Notes: a model not told the origin generated them from the letters alone. A DNA stretch of 61,593 nt, filler included, from Anaerolineae bacterium (GCA_029262755.1; 5 parts of 5 records of this genome joined end to end with filler, not necessarily neighbours in it); one strand, 5' to 3'; shown: positions 48,675-59,150, numbered from the whole stretch's first letter. Numbers and translations: made by a program.

Positions 48675-51323
48675 TTACTCCTGCGGCGGTGCGGGCGGAA
48701 CCCGGGGACCAAAGTCGAAGGGATCGGCCCGGAAGTCCGTGAATGTGTCATCCCATTCCTCGTCCGGTAGTGGTGCCCCATGGAGCCGGTATTCCAGCTC
48801 GGCGGCGCCGGACTCCGACGGCGCGGGCGCTGGGACGGCGTGAAACTCCGGCACGACCCCTCCCTGCCGGTCGATGCCGAGGCCGAAGGTGCGCGCGTAT
48901 CGGAAGGTCGTTCCAACGCTCGAGACGGAATCCGGATCGGGATTCTCCCACGTACCGCCGTCAACGGCGTTGGGGTGGGGCGCCACCTGCCCCGTTGTTC
49001 GGTCGCGCAGCTGGTAGCGATCCGCGCCACCCAGATCGAGTAGCAGTGCAAGCACTCCTGTCTCGAGACCGGTCAGGTACTGGCGATACGGATCGCCGGA
49101 ACGATAAGGCTGCCAACGCGAGCTTCCGAAGCAGCCGCCCGGACTAAAGGCTGTATAGGTATCGTCACCGCCGCCGTCGATGAGCAGGGCCTGTCCGTTC
49201 TCCGCGGTGCGCGCAATACAGTTGGAGCCGGAATCGTAGGCATCGTTGCCCGCGCCGTCGTACAGCAGTGCGGTTACGTAGTCCCACGCGAACGCGATTC
49301 CGGCCCCGGCGCGCGCGTCCTCAAAGTCTTGATGCTGGGTGTAGGTATCATCGCCCGACTCGTCGACCACGGCGCTTACGGCGTAGTGTGCGCCGGAGGC
49401 CAGGCTGTAGTAGACGCTGCGGTACGTGTCGTTCCCGGCTCCGTCGTAGACCAGACCGATGCCATACCAGTAGCCGTAGCCTTGGGCGAAGGCGCCGGCC
49501 TCGTAGCGATCGTCGCCGTGTACGTCGATGATCGCACCCAAGCCGCCGGGCCAAGCGTGCCCATCGCTGCCGTCCGCGCGGCGGCCGGCCGCCACGCCCT
49601 GCGCGAAGCTGACCATCGTGTTGGGCTGCGCGTTTCCGCCATAGTTGCGGTACTGATACTCCTCGGGTACGCGCGCCACTTCGGGCTCCACATAGTAGAC
49701 GTCGTCACCGGCATAGTCGGCCAGCACCCCGACGCCGCCCCCGACGCCGCCATAACCCTGTCCGTCAAAGAGGAGGGTGTAGCGGTCGTCGCCGTCTGCG
49801 TCCAGGAGCGCGCCGTAGCCGAAGAAGGCTGCGCCCTGCCCCACATGGTCGAGCACGTACTCATCCGTACCGTGCGCGTCGACGAGCACCCCCATGCCGA
49901 GGTAGCCTAGGCCCTGTGCGTGATGCGTCGCACGGTAACGGTCGTTGCCGGCTCCGTCGTGCAGCACGCCGACGCCGAGCACGCCGGCCCCCTGGCAGGC
50001 ACCGGCTGCGATCGACGTACAGTCGTATTCGTCGTCTCCGGCAACATCCACGGAGAGCGCAACGCCCATCTCGATGCGCGCGGTGCCGCCCGCGTTGTGG
50101 AGGTGCCGGTCGTTGCCGCCTGGTTCGACGAGCAGCAGGACATCGTCGCCCGCGATCGTATCGTCCTCACACGTGCCGACCACCACGCGGCCGAAGGGCG
50201 TCGGCAGGTCGATCGGCGCCGCGGGGCATCGTTCGGCATCACCGAGCTCCGCGACGCGAAGGCGCAGCCGTTGGCCGGTCTCGAACAGACGTTGTCCCGC
50301 GTAGTAGAGCGCGGGCTCATCCAACGCATCGGCAACGTCCGCGATCTGGGGATACCAGGTCTCGCCGGCGCCCTGGCTGTCGCCGAGGTCGCGGATGGCG
50401 AAGGCGCGCCGCGCCGTCTCGCGATCGACGTGGCGCAGGGCTTGATCGCGCATTCGCAAAGCGGCCAGCGCGTTGCGCAGCCCGAGCCCCACCTCGGTAC
50501 GGATGCCAAGCGGTACGTCCGCAAGTTGGGTGTCCATCATGGATTCGATGTCGGGACTGGATGGGATCGAGCCGAAGCTATAGGCCACGAGATCCTCGCG
50601 AGCGTAGGCGTACAGCTCTCGCACGGCGCTGCGTAGCGGCTCGGAACCATGGGGATCGGCCAGATCGCCTACGTAGACATTGGCGCTGTAGTCGCGCAGG
50701 TTGCCGGCCTTGCGGTCTACGCCCAAGTAGTAGGTGGCGCGGAAGAGATCCGGCGCGTCGATCGCCTCGGATCGCAGCCACCGATCGGCCGCGTTGCCCA
50801 TCGTCCGCGCCGCCGCGTAAGAGCGCAGCGGGTTGCCGAACAGGGGCTCAAAACTAGGCAGGAGATAGGGTGTGCGTTCTACGAGGGGCCAGCGCGTCCA
50901 ATCGCCTTGGGGACGATAGCCGAGAAAGTCGCGGTCCAAACCCAAAGTCGACAGGGCCTCACCCAACGCGTCGGGATCCGTGGGCGGCGGCGTCGGGGTT
51001 GGGGGCGGTTGGGGTGTCACGGTCGAATCGCCTGGTTCGGGCGTCTGCGTGGCCTGCTGCGCCGCGGCGGGATGGTCGCGTTGCACGTTGGGCAGATAGC
51101 TGGCCCGATCGCGGTCTTGTGCGAGGGTTTTTGTGGCAGCGGAGGGACCGCCACCGCCTGTGGTGAACCAAGCCCACACGGCGAGGCCCAACAACGCCGC
51201 CGGCCCCCATGCGACGATTCGTGCGCCACGCGCAACGGGCCCGCGGAGCCTCGAACGCGCGACGTTGCGGGATGACCGCGGGACGGAATCCGACGATGGG
51301 GGTGGGAAGTCCGGGGCGTTCAT
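48675..51323 (-). CDS. Secreted/anchored protein with tandem Gly/Asp-rich D-x-x-G-x-D-x-Y repeats
   Basis: AGGAGG RBS, N-terminal TM, ASYLPNVQR, Pro/Thr linker, repeats such as GQGAAFFGYGALLDADGDDRY. Confidence 0.82.
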   Translation of the reverse strand: MNAPDFPPPSSDSVPRSSRNVARSRLRGPVARGARIVAWGPAALLGLAVWAWFTTGGGGPSAATKTLAQDRDRASYLPNVQRDHPAAAQQATQTPEPGDSTVTPQPPPTPTPPPTDPDALGEALSTLGLDRDFLGYRPQGDWTRWPLVERTPYLLPSFEPLFGNPLRSYAAARTMGNAADRWLRSEAIDAPDLFRATYYLGVDRKAGNLRDYSANVYVGDLADPHGSEPLRSAVRELYAYAREDLVAYSFGSIPSSPDIESMMDTQLADVPLGIRTEVGLGLRNALAALRMRDQALRHVDRETARRAFAIRDLGDSQGAGETWYPQIADVADALDEPALYYAGQRLFETGQRLRLRVAELGDAERCPAAPIDLPTPFGRVVVGTCEDDTIAGDDVLLLVEPGGNDRHLHNAGGTARIEMGVALSVDVAGDDEYDCTSIAAGACQGAGVLGVGVLHDGAGNDRYRATHHAQGLGYLGMGVLVDAHGTDEYVLDHVGQGAAFFGYGALLDADGDDRYTLLFDGQGYGGVGGGVGVLADYAGDDVYYVEPEVARVPEEYQYRNYGGNAQPNTMVSFAQGVAAGRRADGSDGHAWPGGLGAIIDVHGDDRYEAGAFAQGYGYWYGIGLVYDGAGNDTYRSVYYSLASGAHYAVSAVVDESGDDTYTQHQDFEDARAGAGIAFAWDYVTALLYDGAGNDAYDSGSNCIARTAENGQALLIDGGGDDTYTAFSPGGCFGSSRWQPYRSGDPYRQYLTGLETGVLALLLDLGGADRYQLRDRTTGQVAPHPNAVDGGTWENPDPDSVSSVGTTFRYARTFGLGIDRQGGVVPEFHAVPAPAPSESGAAELEYRLHGAPLPDEEWDDTFTDFRADPFDFGPRVPPAPPQE

Positions 51324-51542
51324 GGTCCCTCCTCGTACGATTGGGCCGGTCGGCGCGCCAGCATATCACAGCCCCGTCGCGCCCGACACGCACGCTGCGC
51401 CCTACTTGGCGAGCGTCCTTTGCGCGAGCACCATTGCCCTCGTTGTGGACCCATTGGGCGCGCCGTATGATCGGCCTCGCTCGCTGCGTCCTAGTCTAGG
51501 CGGGCGGCAGTCGTCGCTCGAACACCCCATGCGGAGCGCGCC

Positions 51543-53033
51543 ATGTTCGGGAACCTCCATCGTCGATCTTCCTCGGCCACCTCGACAGGGTCAGAGGACG
51601 GTCTTGCCGCCGCGGTTGCAGCACGCGGCGCGCTCCATCCGGCCGGCAGGACCGTGCTGGCCGTTGTCGGCGTGGTCGCGGGCGTGGCGCTGTTCGTGAC
51701 CGGTTGGATCCCGGGGCCATTTGCGGGCGGAGAGGCGATTGCGCAGTTGTCACCGGACGACATCTACCTTCCGCTGACGGGTCAGGATGCCCGCTACGAT
51801 TCGCTCGTCCTTCCCCCGACCTCGCTGCCGGCCACGGCGACGCCCACGCCGACGGCCACCGATGTGCCGACCGCGACCGCAACCCCGCTGCCGACGGCCA
51901 CCCCGTTTGTATGCGGCGATCTGCCGGACCGTGTGCGTGTCACAAACATCGACCTGAACGGCGAAGAGATTCGGGTGCCGGCGCGAGGCGCCGCGTTCTG
52001 GACGACCTTCCCCGTCATCACCGTTCCGCGTGGCGCCGGAGCATGGGTCGGTTGGTCGAGCATCGACGAAGCGATCCACCTGACGCCGCTGGACGAGGAC
52101 GATCAGCGCGACGGCGCGGATTGGGTCGTCCAGGGTTCTGAGATTCGTGGACTCGTCACCCATTCTGATGGCGGCGTCGCGTTGCTAGTCGGTCGACCGC
52201 CCGGCATGTTCCTCGTGCGTTTGGACGCACAAGGCGAGACGATGTGGGAGACGCAACTCTTCGGACAGAATGGTCAACGGGCCGGCAGCAAGTATATCGT
52301 GGAGTGGCCGCGCGAGAGCCGTCTGCTCTGGGACGGACGGCAGTACGCGGCGTACGTCGGCCATACCAATAACTTTGGAGCGCAAGGCGAGCACCAAGGC
52401 GATCTGCTGTGGTTCTTCGACGGAGAGGGCGCCAAGCTCGAGGTGGAGGACGGTTGGGATTGGGGCTGCAGCCACAGCCTGGACCTGCGACTGGCGCACA
52501 ATGGACAACGCCTGGGGCCGGTGTGTTTGTCGGATGCGTATCCGAGCAAAGGCTTCCACCTCAACCACAACGAGAAGGAACTTCGCAAGGAGCCCACCGG
52601 CGATGGCAGTGGCCGTAGCGGGGCACGATTGGGCGGCTGGGTGCCGCTGCGACGCGATGGTTTCTTGCTGAGCTTCGCCTCGCCCACCGGCCGCCCGGGC
52701 GGGCTGCGCGACATCGGCATGTTGCGCGTCGATAGCGACGGCGGTGTCGGGCCGGTCACGTGGCTCACCAGCAGCGAGGGAGTGGCGGAGGATGGCCCCC
52801 ATCTGGCTAGCTACGGGCGCAACTTCCTGGCCGGGTGGACCGTCGAAACCAGCACGATTCTGGCCGAAGTCGATGCCTCGGGAGCGGTGCTGGAAGGGCC
52901 GGCCGAGACCAAGTTGTGGATCCAGCCCAAGGACGACTTCACGACCGTTCAGGGCGGTGACGTGCTGCTGTCCGTCGCATCCGCGCCCCGCACGGAGCTG
53001 ATGATCCAGCGGATCCAGTACTGCCAGCGCTAG
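51543..53033 (+). CDS. Secreted/anchored hypothetical protein with IYLP motif and Pro/Thr linker
   Basis: TM/signal segment, DIYLPLTGQD, PTATPTPTAT linker, beta-rich domain containing WGCSHS. Confidence 0.8.
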   Translation: MFGNLHRRSSSATSTGSEDGLAAAVAARGALHPAGRTVLAVVGVVAGVALFVTGWIPGPFAGGEAIAQLSPDDIYLPLTGQDARYDSLVLPPTSLPATATPTPTATDVPTATATPLPTATPFVCGDLPDRVRVTNIDLNGEEIRVPARGAAFWTTFPVITVPRGAGAWVGWSSIDEAIHLTPLDEDDQRDGADWVVQGSEIRGLVTHSDGGVALLVGRPPGMFLVRLDAQGETMWETQLFGQNGQRAGSKYIVEWPRESRLLWDGRQYAAYVGHTNNFGAQGEHQGDLLWFFDGEGAKLEVEDGWDWGCSHSLDLRLAHNGQRLGPVCLSDAYPSKGFHLNHNEKELRKEPTGDGSGRSGARLGGWVPLRRDGFLLSFASPTGRPGGLRDIGMLRVDSDGGVGPVTWLTSSEGVAEDGPHLASYGRNFLAGWTVETSTILAEVDASGAVLEGPAETKLWIQPKDDFTTVQGGDVLLSVASAPRTELMIQRIQYCQR

Positions 53034-53262
53034 GTGTGGCCTGCGCCCGCGCTTGCGGAAAGAGCCGAATTGATCGCTTGGCGCAGGAATGTCAAACGTG
53101 GAGTATCCGCCCCGCCGGCGCGTTGCGCCCGGCGGGGCGATCGCGTGGGACTCTTGCTCCGGCGCATCGATTCGCCAGGGTTCGGCCATTGCCGCCCTAA
53201 ACATTCGATGCGACCGAGTACTAGCACTTCGGCAAGCCCGCATTTGCACGCGTGCCGAGGTA

Positions 53263-54612
53263 CTAGATAGATTCCGTCACTGAACTGAAGGTGAAGCCGC
53301 GGCTGCGCACGGCCGGCAGCTTCATGTCGCTCCAGCCGCCAACACGCACCGCGCGTGAGCGCGCTTCGAGGTTGGCGAGGAAGACCATCGGCGACTCGTT
53401 CCAGCGAAGGTTCTGAACGGGCCGGGTGATGCGTCCGTTCTCGACGAGGAACACACCGTCGCGGGTCATGCCCGTGAGGGTCAGGGTGCGCGGGTCGACG
53501 AAGCGGATATACCACAAGTTTTTTACCAGCAAGCCTCGTTCGCAGCCTGCGATTAGATCGGAGAGTTCCTGATCCTCATCCCCGGCCATGAACAAAGGAC
53601 CGCGCGCCGCATCCGGACGAACGTCCTTCTCGCTCGCCCAAAACCGGTCGTGGTACAGGTGCTGGACGACACCGTTCTGCACCCACGTGGTGGGCTCCAC
53701 CGCGATCCCGTCCGCGCCGAATGTCGGCGCCGGCAGCACGTCGTCATCCACGCGCAGGCGCAAGTCCACACCTTCGGCAAACATCTTGCGGCCCAGCGTG
53801 TCGGTCCACGCAGAGCTACCCTCTTCGGCGTCGCGCGCGCTCATCGTCCAGGCCATCATGCCGAGCAAGCCACGTACGGCGAGGGGCTCGAAGATCACGG
53901 TCCATTCGCCGGGCTCTACGGGCTCTGGGTTCTGCGCGAGACCTGCATTGGTGACGGCCTCGTGCGAAAGCGCGACAGGGTCGATTCGCCGCCGGTCACT
54001 CTGCGTCGCAGCCGCCTTGCCGCTGCCGTTGGCGCCGCGTAGGGTCGTCGAATAGTCCACCCGCGTCGCCGCGTCCCATGCGCGGAGGCCGCGTGAGTTT
54101 AGGCGGGCGGCAGCCCGTGCTCGGACGTCGAAGAGACCGCTCGCGATCAGCCCCGCGTCGCGGGCGCCGGCCACGACGTGCGCCACGTCCTCCGCGATTG
54201 CCTGCGGAGAGAGGTCGGCCGTGGCATCGAACCAGCGCTGCGGCCGCACGCCGTAGGCCTGCGGTCCCGGCAGCGGCACGTGCTCGGCGTCCTCGGGTGC
54301 GGCGCGCGCAACAGCCTCTGCGCGCGCAACGATCTCCGCAAGCGCGGCGGCATCCATTCGGTTGGTCGAAGCACTTCCCTTGCGCGACCCAAACGCGACT
54401 TCCACCGTCACCGTCTCTTGCTCGCCTCCCATGTTCTGCGTGATTGCGTTGTCGCCAAAGCGTGTCGCCGTCCCCGATTCCCAGGACCAAGCCGCCTGCG
54501 CTTCGTCCGCCTTGCTGGCATCCAATGCATCCTGAAGGAGCTGATGGACCGAATCCGGATCGCGCGGCCGAACGCGTCGGACATCGCTCGTGGCCGCATG
54601 GGAATCGGTCAT
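53263..54612 (-). CDS. TldE/PmbA family protein
   Basis: TRFGDNAITQN, PGEWTVIFEP, TGMTRDG, NLRWNES; no HExxxH; ATGA overlap with the TldD gene. Confidence 0.9.
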   Translation of the reverse strand: MTDSHAATSDVRRVRPRDPDSVHQLLQDALDASKADEAQAAWSWESGTATRFGDNAITQNMGGEQETVTVEVAFGSRKGSASTNRMDAAALAEIVARAEAVARAAPEDAEHVPLPGPQAYGVRPQRWFDATADLSPQAIAEDVAHVVAGARDAGLIASGLFDVRARAAARLNSRGLRAWDAATRVDYSTTLRGANGSGKAAATQSDRRRIDPVALSHEAVTNAGLAQNPEPVEPGEWTVIFEPLAVRGLLGMMAWTMSARDAEEGSSAWTDTLGRKMFAEGVDLRLRVDDDVLPAPTFGADGIAVEPTTWVQNGVVQHLYHDRFWASEKDVRPDAARGPLFMAGDEDQELSDLIAGCERGLLVKNLWYIRFVDPRTLTLTGMTRDGVFLVENGRITRPVQNLRWNESPMVFLANLEARSRAVRVGGWSDMKLPAVRSRGFTFSSVTESI

Positions 54613-56054
54613 TGGGATCCGTCTCCGATCGTGATGCCGCGAAAACGCGCGTGGCTCGCACCGTGGGTCATGCGCATGCGCTGGCTTGGCTCGCCCTTGC
54701 CGCAGTTGGGCGTTCCGTGAGACGCCCAGTGCGCGGGGCCCGCAACGCCGTCGCACGCACCCCAGAAGTCGGTGGTCATGGCCTGGTACGTCACTTTCTT
54801 GAGCGGTCGAGTGATCGCGCCGTGCTCGATCAGCCAGAATTGGTTGCCGCCGAATTGGAAGTTCCGGCGTTGTTGATCGATGGAAAAACTTCCCTGACCG
54901 GCGATGTAGATGCCGCGCTCGACGCCACCGATTAGATCGTCAGGGGTTACATGCTCCGGTCCCGGTTCCATGTAGAGGTTGGGGATGCGGTTGATCGGGA
55001 AGCGATCGAAGGACGCGGCGCGGCAACACCCGTTAGATGCGGTGAGTCCGATCAGCGGCGCCGTCTCGCGCGTCGCGGACAAGCCAACGAGGCGTCCTTC
55101 CTCAATGACCGGGAACGCGGTCATCCGAACGCCGTCGTCGTCGAAGAACCAGCTGCCGAGCCCGCCCTCGAGCCGGTTGTCGACGGAGAAGCTCACGTGC
55201 TCACTGCCGTAGCGCAGCGCGCCAACGTCTTCGGGCCGGATAAAGCTGGTCCCTGCGAAGTTGGCCTCCCAACCCAAGATTCGGTCGAGCTCGGTCGGGT
55301 GACCGACGGATTCATGCATGGTCAAGGAGAGGTGCATCGGATCCAACACGAGATCGTAGGTCCCCGGCTCCACCTCGTCCGCCCGCGCCCGTTCGACCGC
55401 TGCGGACGCCCAGCCGGCCGCACTGCCTACCGGATCGACTTGGCGCAGCCATTCGTAGCCGGCCTGCCTACCGCCGCCCTGGTTGCGGATACTCTGGGCA
55501 TCACCGTCAACAACGGCCGTGCACGTAATCCACGGTTCCGCGAAGGTGTTCGTCAAGTCCAACCGACTGCCGTCGGTATTGGCGATCAGCCTTCGCAGGC
55601 GGGTGAACGTCACCCACGCAGTGGCGCGGCTCACGCCGTCCACGTCCATCATTCTCCGACTGGCGTCCAAGAGCTCCGCGGCCTGCTCGCCCGCGGTCAT
55701 CGCGAAGGGATCTTCTGCGCACGGTCCCACGAGCGTTTCGACGGCGGGGCTCACATCGGCCATGCGCGCCGGCGGCGTTTTCGGCACCTTGGCCGAAGCG
55801 CGGGCGGTGTCGATCGCGGCGCGAGCCGTAGCCGCCACACCGTCGCGATCGAGTCGCGTGCCGCTTGCGAAGCCCCAGGCGCCATCGATCAGCACACGTA
55901 CGGCGTATCCAACGGGCTCGTCATCGTCCACGGCCTTGACGGCCCCGCGATCGACGCCGAGGGTGCGCACACGTTGCTCCACCAACCGCCAATCCGCGAA
56001 GGAAGCGCCCGCCGCTCGTGCAAGGTCAAGGGCGGGCGCGGACAGGTCCATCAT
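54609..56054 (-). CDS. tldD: TldD family metalloprotease
   Basis: VRVLIDGAWGFAS, HESVGH, NCGKGEP; GAGGAG RBS. Confidence 0.92.
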   Translation of the reverse strand: MMDLSAPALDLARAAGASFADWRLVEQRVRTLGVDRGAVKAVDDDEPVGYAVRVLIDGAWGFASGTRLDRDGVAATARAAIDTARASAKVPKTPPARMADVSPAVETLVGPCAEDPFAMTAGEQAAELLDASRRMMDVDGVSRATAWVTFTRLRRLIANTDGSRLDLTNTFAEPWITCTAVVDGDAQSIRNQGGGRQAGYEWLRQVDPVGSAAGWASAAVERARADEVEPGTYDLVLDPMHLSLTMHESVGHPTELDRILGWEANFAGTSFIRPEDVGALRYGSEHVSFSVDNRLEGGLGSWFFDDDGVRMTAFPVIEEGRLVGLSATRETAPLIGLTASNGCCRAASFDRFPINRIPNLYMEPGPEHVTPDDLIGGVERGIYIAGQGSFSIDQQRRNFQFGGNQFWLIEHGAITRPLKKVTYQAMTTDFWGACDGVAGPAHWASHGTPNCGKGEPSQRMRMTHGASHARFRGITIGDGSQ

Positions 56055-56127
56055 GGGCGAATCTCCTCGATATGACGGGACATGCAAGCGTCGGCAGTGT
56101 AGCCCGACGCCTCCTGGTTCGGCCAGC

Positions 56128-57417
56128 CTAGCGAGGCGAGGGTTGCAGAAATTGTGCGTCGAGACCGTAGACGAGCGTGTCGGGGTAGAAATCCTTCCAA
56201 CCGAACCAGAAAACGCTGGTGGCCGGCACCTGCGTCAATCGCGCCCCGGCCAACTCCCCTTCGATCGCAATTCCGGTCCAAGCTTGCCAGCGCGTGCCCG
56301 TCTCACGATCGACGATCAAGCGTTGCAGCCCGGGCGCATCGCCCCGCTCCGGATCGGGCTCGAAGAGCAAAGTGCGGCCATCGACAAGCGAATCCCAGAC
56401 CACGGTCGTTCGCACCGCGACATCATGCACGAGCACGACCGCCTTGCCCGCGATCTCATCGTTGACGACGCCGCCCGCCTCGGCGAGCGCAGCCCACGGC
56501 CATACCACCGGAACGTCGCCGATCACGGCACCCGTGACCATCGTCTTGAGGGGCAGGCGGTCATCCTGATGCGTCTCGCCGATGACGCCGGCGCGCGGTT
56601 CGCGGTAGTAACGATCGTAGGGATCGGATACACGCTCGCTCGTCACGAGGGCCACCGTATTGGGATGCAGTTGCTTCCAATGTGCCCACGTGGTTTGCAC
56701 GAACGGCACGTATTCGAGCTCTGTTCCCGTAAGGGGACCGCGAACGGCGCGGCCAAGAATTTGTGACCAGAAGCTTTCGGTCTGCCTGTCGTACATCACC
56801 AACGCGTTCATGATTAGCTTGCCGCTCACGCCAAAGTCGAGCAGGCGGCCGTCGATCTCAGGTCGGGCATACACGATGCCCGTGAAACAAAGAGGTCACC
56901 ACGTGACCGAGATGGCGCGACCTCCCACCATGTCGTTGACGATTTCGTGACGGCTCAAGAATGGTACCGAGTAGGCGCGAGCTTCGCCGCCGAGGGCGAC
57001 GGCCAGCACGAGCTCTTCCGGCTCGTAGCGGCGATCCGCCTCCTCCACGGTCCAAAACTCGGGGTCGTCGATCGCAGGGATGCCGTCCAGCGGCAGAATG
57101 TCCACGATCTCCAGATCGGCGTCGGCGATTTGTTGCGGTGGCGAGTCGAGCGGGGTCACGTCGCTCTCCGGTTGCGATCCGGTGTCGGTCGAGGCGCTAT
57201 CGGGTTGATCCGCGTTTGCCTGCACGTTGGGCTGCTCCGTTTCCGGTGGGGTGCGCTTCTGCTGCGCAGAGCATGCGCCGATCGCGGGCGCAATCAATAG
57301 AGCGGCGACGAGGAAAGCGAACGGAGCGTGGAAACGACGGAGCGTTGGGGGCAAGGGTCTGCGCTGCCGATGAAGCGAGGGCAACCCGCAACGGACGCTG
57401 CCAGTACGATGGGCCAC
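56128..57417 (-). CDS. DUF3179 family lipoprotein, probable selenoprotein (UGA at 56898-56896 read as Sec)
   Basis: Track ORFs 56896..57417 and 56128..56874 share one frame and read HEIVND...VTW-UGA-PLCFTG...FGVSGKL...MYDRQTES; lipobox IGA-C. Start may be TTG 57354. Confidence 0.85.
56864..56882 (-). promoter_or_regulatory. Candidate bacterial SECIS hairpin
   Basis: CGGGCAT-CGTGT-ATGCCCG; the loop begins 20 nt after the UGA, with G at loop position 2. Confidence 0.7.
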
Positions 57418-57577
57418 GTGTTGGTCCTTTCAGGATGGGCGATGACTGTTACAGCCCCCAACACCGCGGGCCGTTCAAATTCGGTTTGGCCTGCGATCTG
57501 GGCCGATCGGTCGGCCCGGGGAACGCGACGCGACGCACTTTCTTGGACGCATACCGCCTGAGCGCGTTTGGATCGAC

Positions 57578-58006
57578 CTAGCCCCACCAGCCGTAGCGTT
57601 CCAGGTCCGTGCGCATCTGCGAATCGAAGCGCACTCCCTCCGCCTCCAGCCTGCTTCGTTGTTCCTCGGCGGGCAGTTCGCGATTCGAGGTACTGATCCG
57701 CCCGGCCGCGTTGATGACGCGCCACCAAGGCACACTATCGTGTTCGGAGGCGGGCAAGGCGCGTAGAGCCCAGCCCACGGTGCGGGCGGCCTTGCCATGC
57801 CCGACTACCATCTCGGAGACCGTACCGTAGGTCGTGACGCGCCCGGGCGGCACCTCGCGCACCGCCCGATAGACGCGGGCGAAGAAGCCGTCCTCGGGTT
57901 TCCCAGCCCCACCGGCCGCCGCCGAACGCGGCTCGTCCCCGGCAGCGCCGGAGGAATCCCCGGATCGCGCGCCGAGTGCGCTGCGACGACCGTCGCGCTC
58001 GCTCAT
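57578..58006 (-). CDS. Alkyltransferase-like protein (Atl/YbaZ; MGMT family)
   Basis: [23 protein letters not shown] (Trp in place of the catalytic Cys), LEAEGV. Confidence 0.9.
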   Translation of the reverse strand: MSERDGRRSALGARSGDSSGAAGDEPRSAAAGGAGKPEDGFFARVYRAVREVPPGRVTTYGTVSEMVVGHGKAARTVGWALRALPASEHDSVPWWRVINAAGRISTSNRELPAEEQRSRLEAEGVRFDSQMRTDLERYGWWG

Positions 58007-58517
58007 GCCTCGTCCGTGACGAAGGCCTCAACCGGTGGGCACGCACAGACCAGATGGCGATCACCGTGGACGTTGTCGACACGGGCCACCGGCGGCCAAT
58101 ACTTGTGCTCGCGCAACCAAGACGCCGGATACGCGGCTTGCTCGCGTGAATAGGGGCGTTCCCAGAGGTCCGCGGTTACGAGGCCGGCAGGGTGAGGAGC
58201 GTTCTTGAGCACGTTGTCCTCCCGATCGGCATGACCGGATTCCACGGCGCGAATCTCTTCGCGAATGGCGATCATGGCATCGCAGAACCGGTCGAGTTCC
58301 GCAAGCGACTCACTCTCCGTCGGCTCGATCATTAGGGTTCCGGAAACGGGCCAGCTCATCGTCGGCGCATGGAACCCGTAGTCCATAAGGCGCTTGGCGA
58401 CATCGTCCGCGTCGATGTCGGCGGACTCCTTGACGGGACGCAGATCGATGATGCACTCGTGCGCCACGAGCCCACCCGGCCCCGTGTAGAGCACCGGGAA
58501 GTGCGGCGCCAGACAAT
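58003..58517 (-). CDS. gcvP: Glycine dehydrogenase P protein, C-terminal fragment
   Basis: [45 protein letters not shown]. Confidence 0.96.
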
Positions 58518-58617
58518 NNNNNNNNNNNNNNNNNNNNNNNNNNNNNNNNNNNNNNNNNNNNTTAATTAATTAANNNNNNNNNNNNNNNNNNNNNNNNNNN
58601 NNNNNNNNNNNNNNNNN
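58518..58617. other. Artificial contig-join spacer
   Basis: N44-TTAATTAATTAA-N44. Confidence 0.98.
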
Positions 58618-59150
58618 GCGGCGGCGCGTCGAGCCCGCCGCCAGGCCCGGTCACCTCGCCCGGCCGGGTCGCCACGTTGCAGTTGCTGTTCAAACACGCC
58701 CGACGCGCCCCGCACCGCAGGCCGCGCAGCGCGAGATCGCGCGCCGGGACGCGTGGCGCACGGTCGTGCGCCTGTCGGTCCCTTCGTCAACAAGGTCATC
58801 CGCGTCCCCCAATGCACCCGATCGATTCGCTACCTGTCCGTCTGCCGCTTCCGTCCGCTACGTCCGGTCGGGCGCGTCCGTCCGACGCTCCCGCCCAACG
58901 CCCGCACCGCCACCCGCAACCACATCGAGTTCGACGTCGCCCGAGCCGAGCACGGGACGGCCGGCGCGCGAATCGGGCCGGCGAGCGAGGCGCCGCTTTG
59001 GCCATCGACCAGGCCTCCAAACCAAGTCCGCTTCCCTTCTGGCGGCCATAGGCTAGCCTACGGTCCGTCGCCTAAGCGCCCGCGATTCGGCAACGAATCA
59101 GCGGTCCGCGGGGCGACAACCCTCACGAATCCGGCCGTAGGCTACGACGC

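Noticed and set aside
56128..57417. DUF3179 as a nonsense pseudogene or two separate genes
   Set aside because: The stop is UGA exactly at the first Cys position of CxxC, both halves are intact, and a SECIS-like hairpin follows.
10038..58617. Four identical TTAATTAATTAA motifs as biological repeats
   Set aside because: Each is centred in a 100-bp N spacer, so they are assembly linkers; cross-spacer synteny was not used as evidence.
58618..59100. Small ORFs upstream of maeB
   Set aside because: Arg/Gly-rich, no recognisable motif, at a contig edge; cannot be supported.
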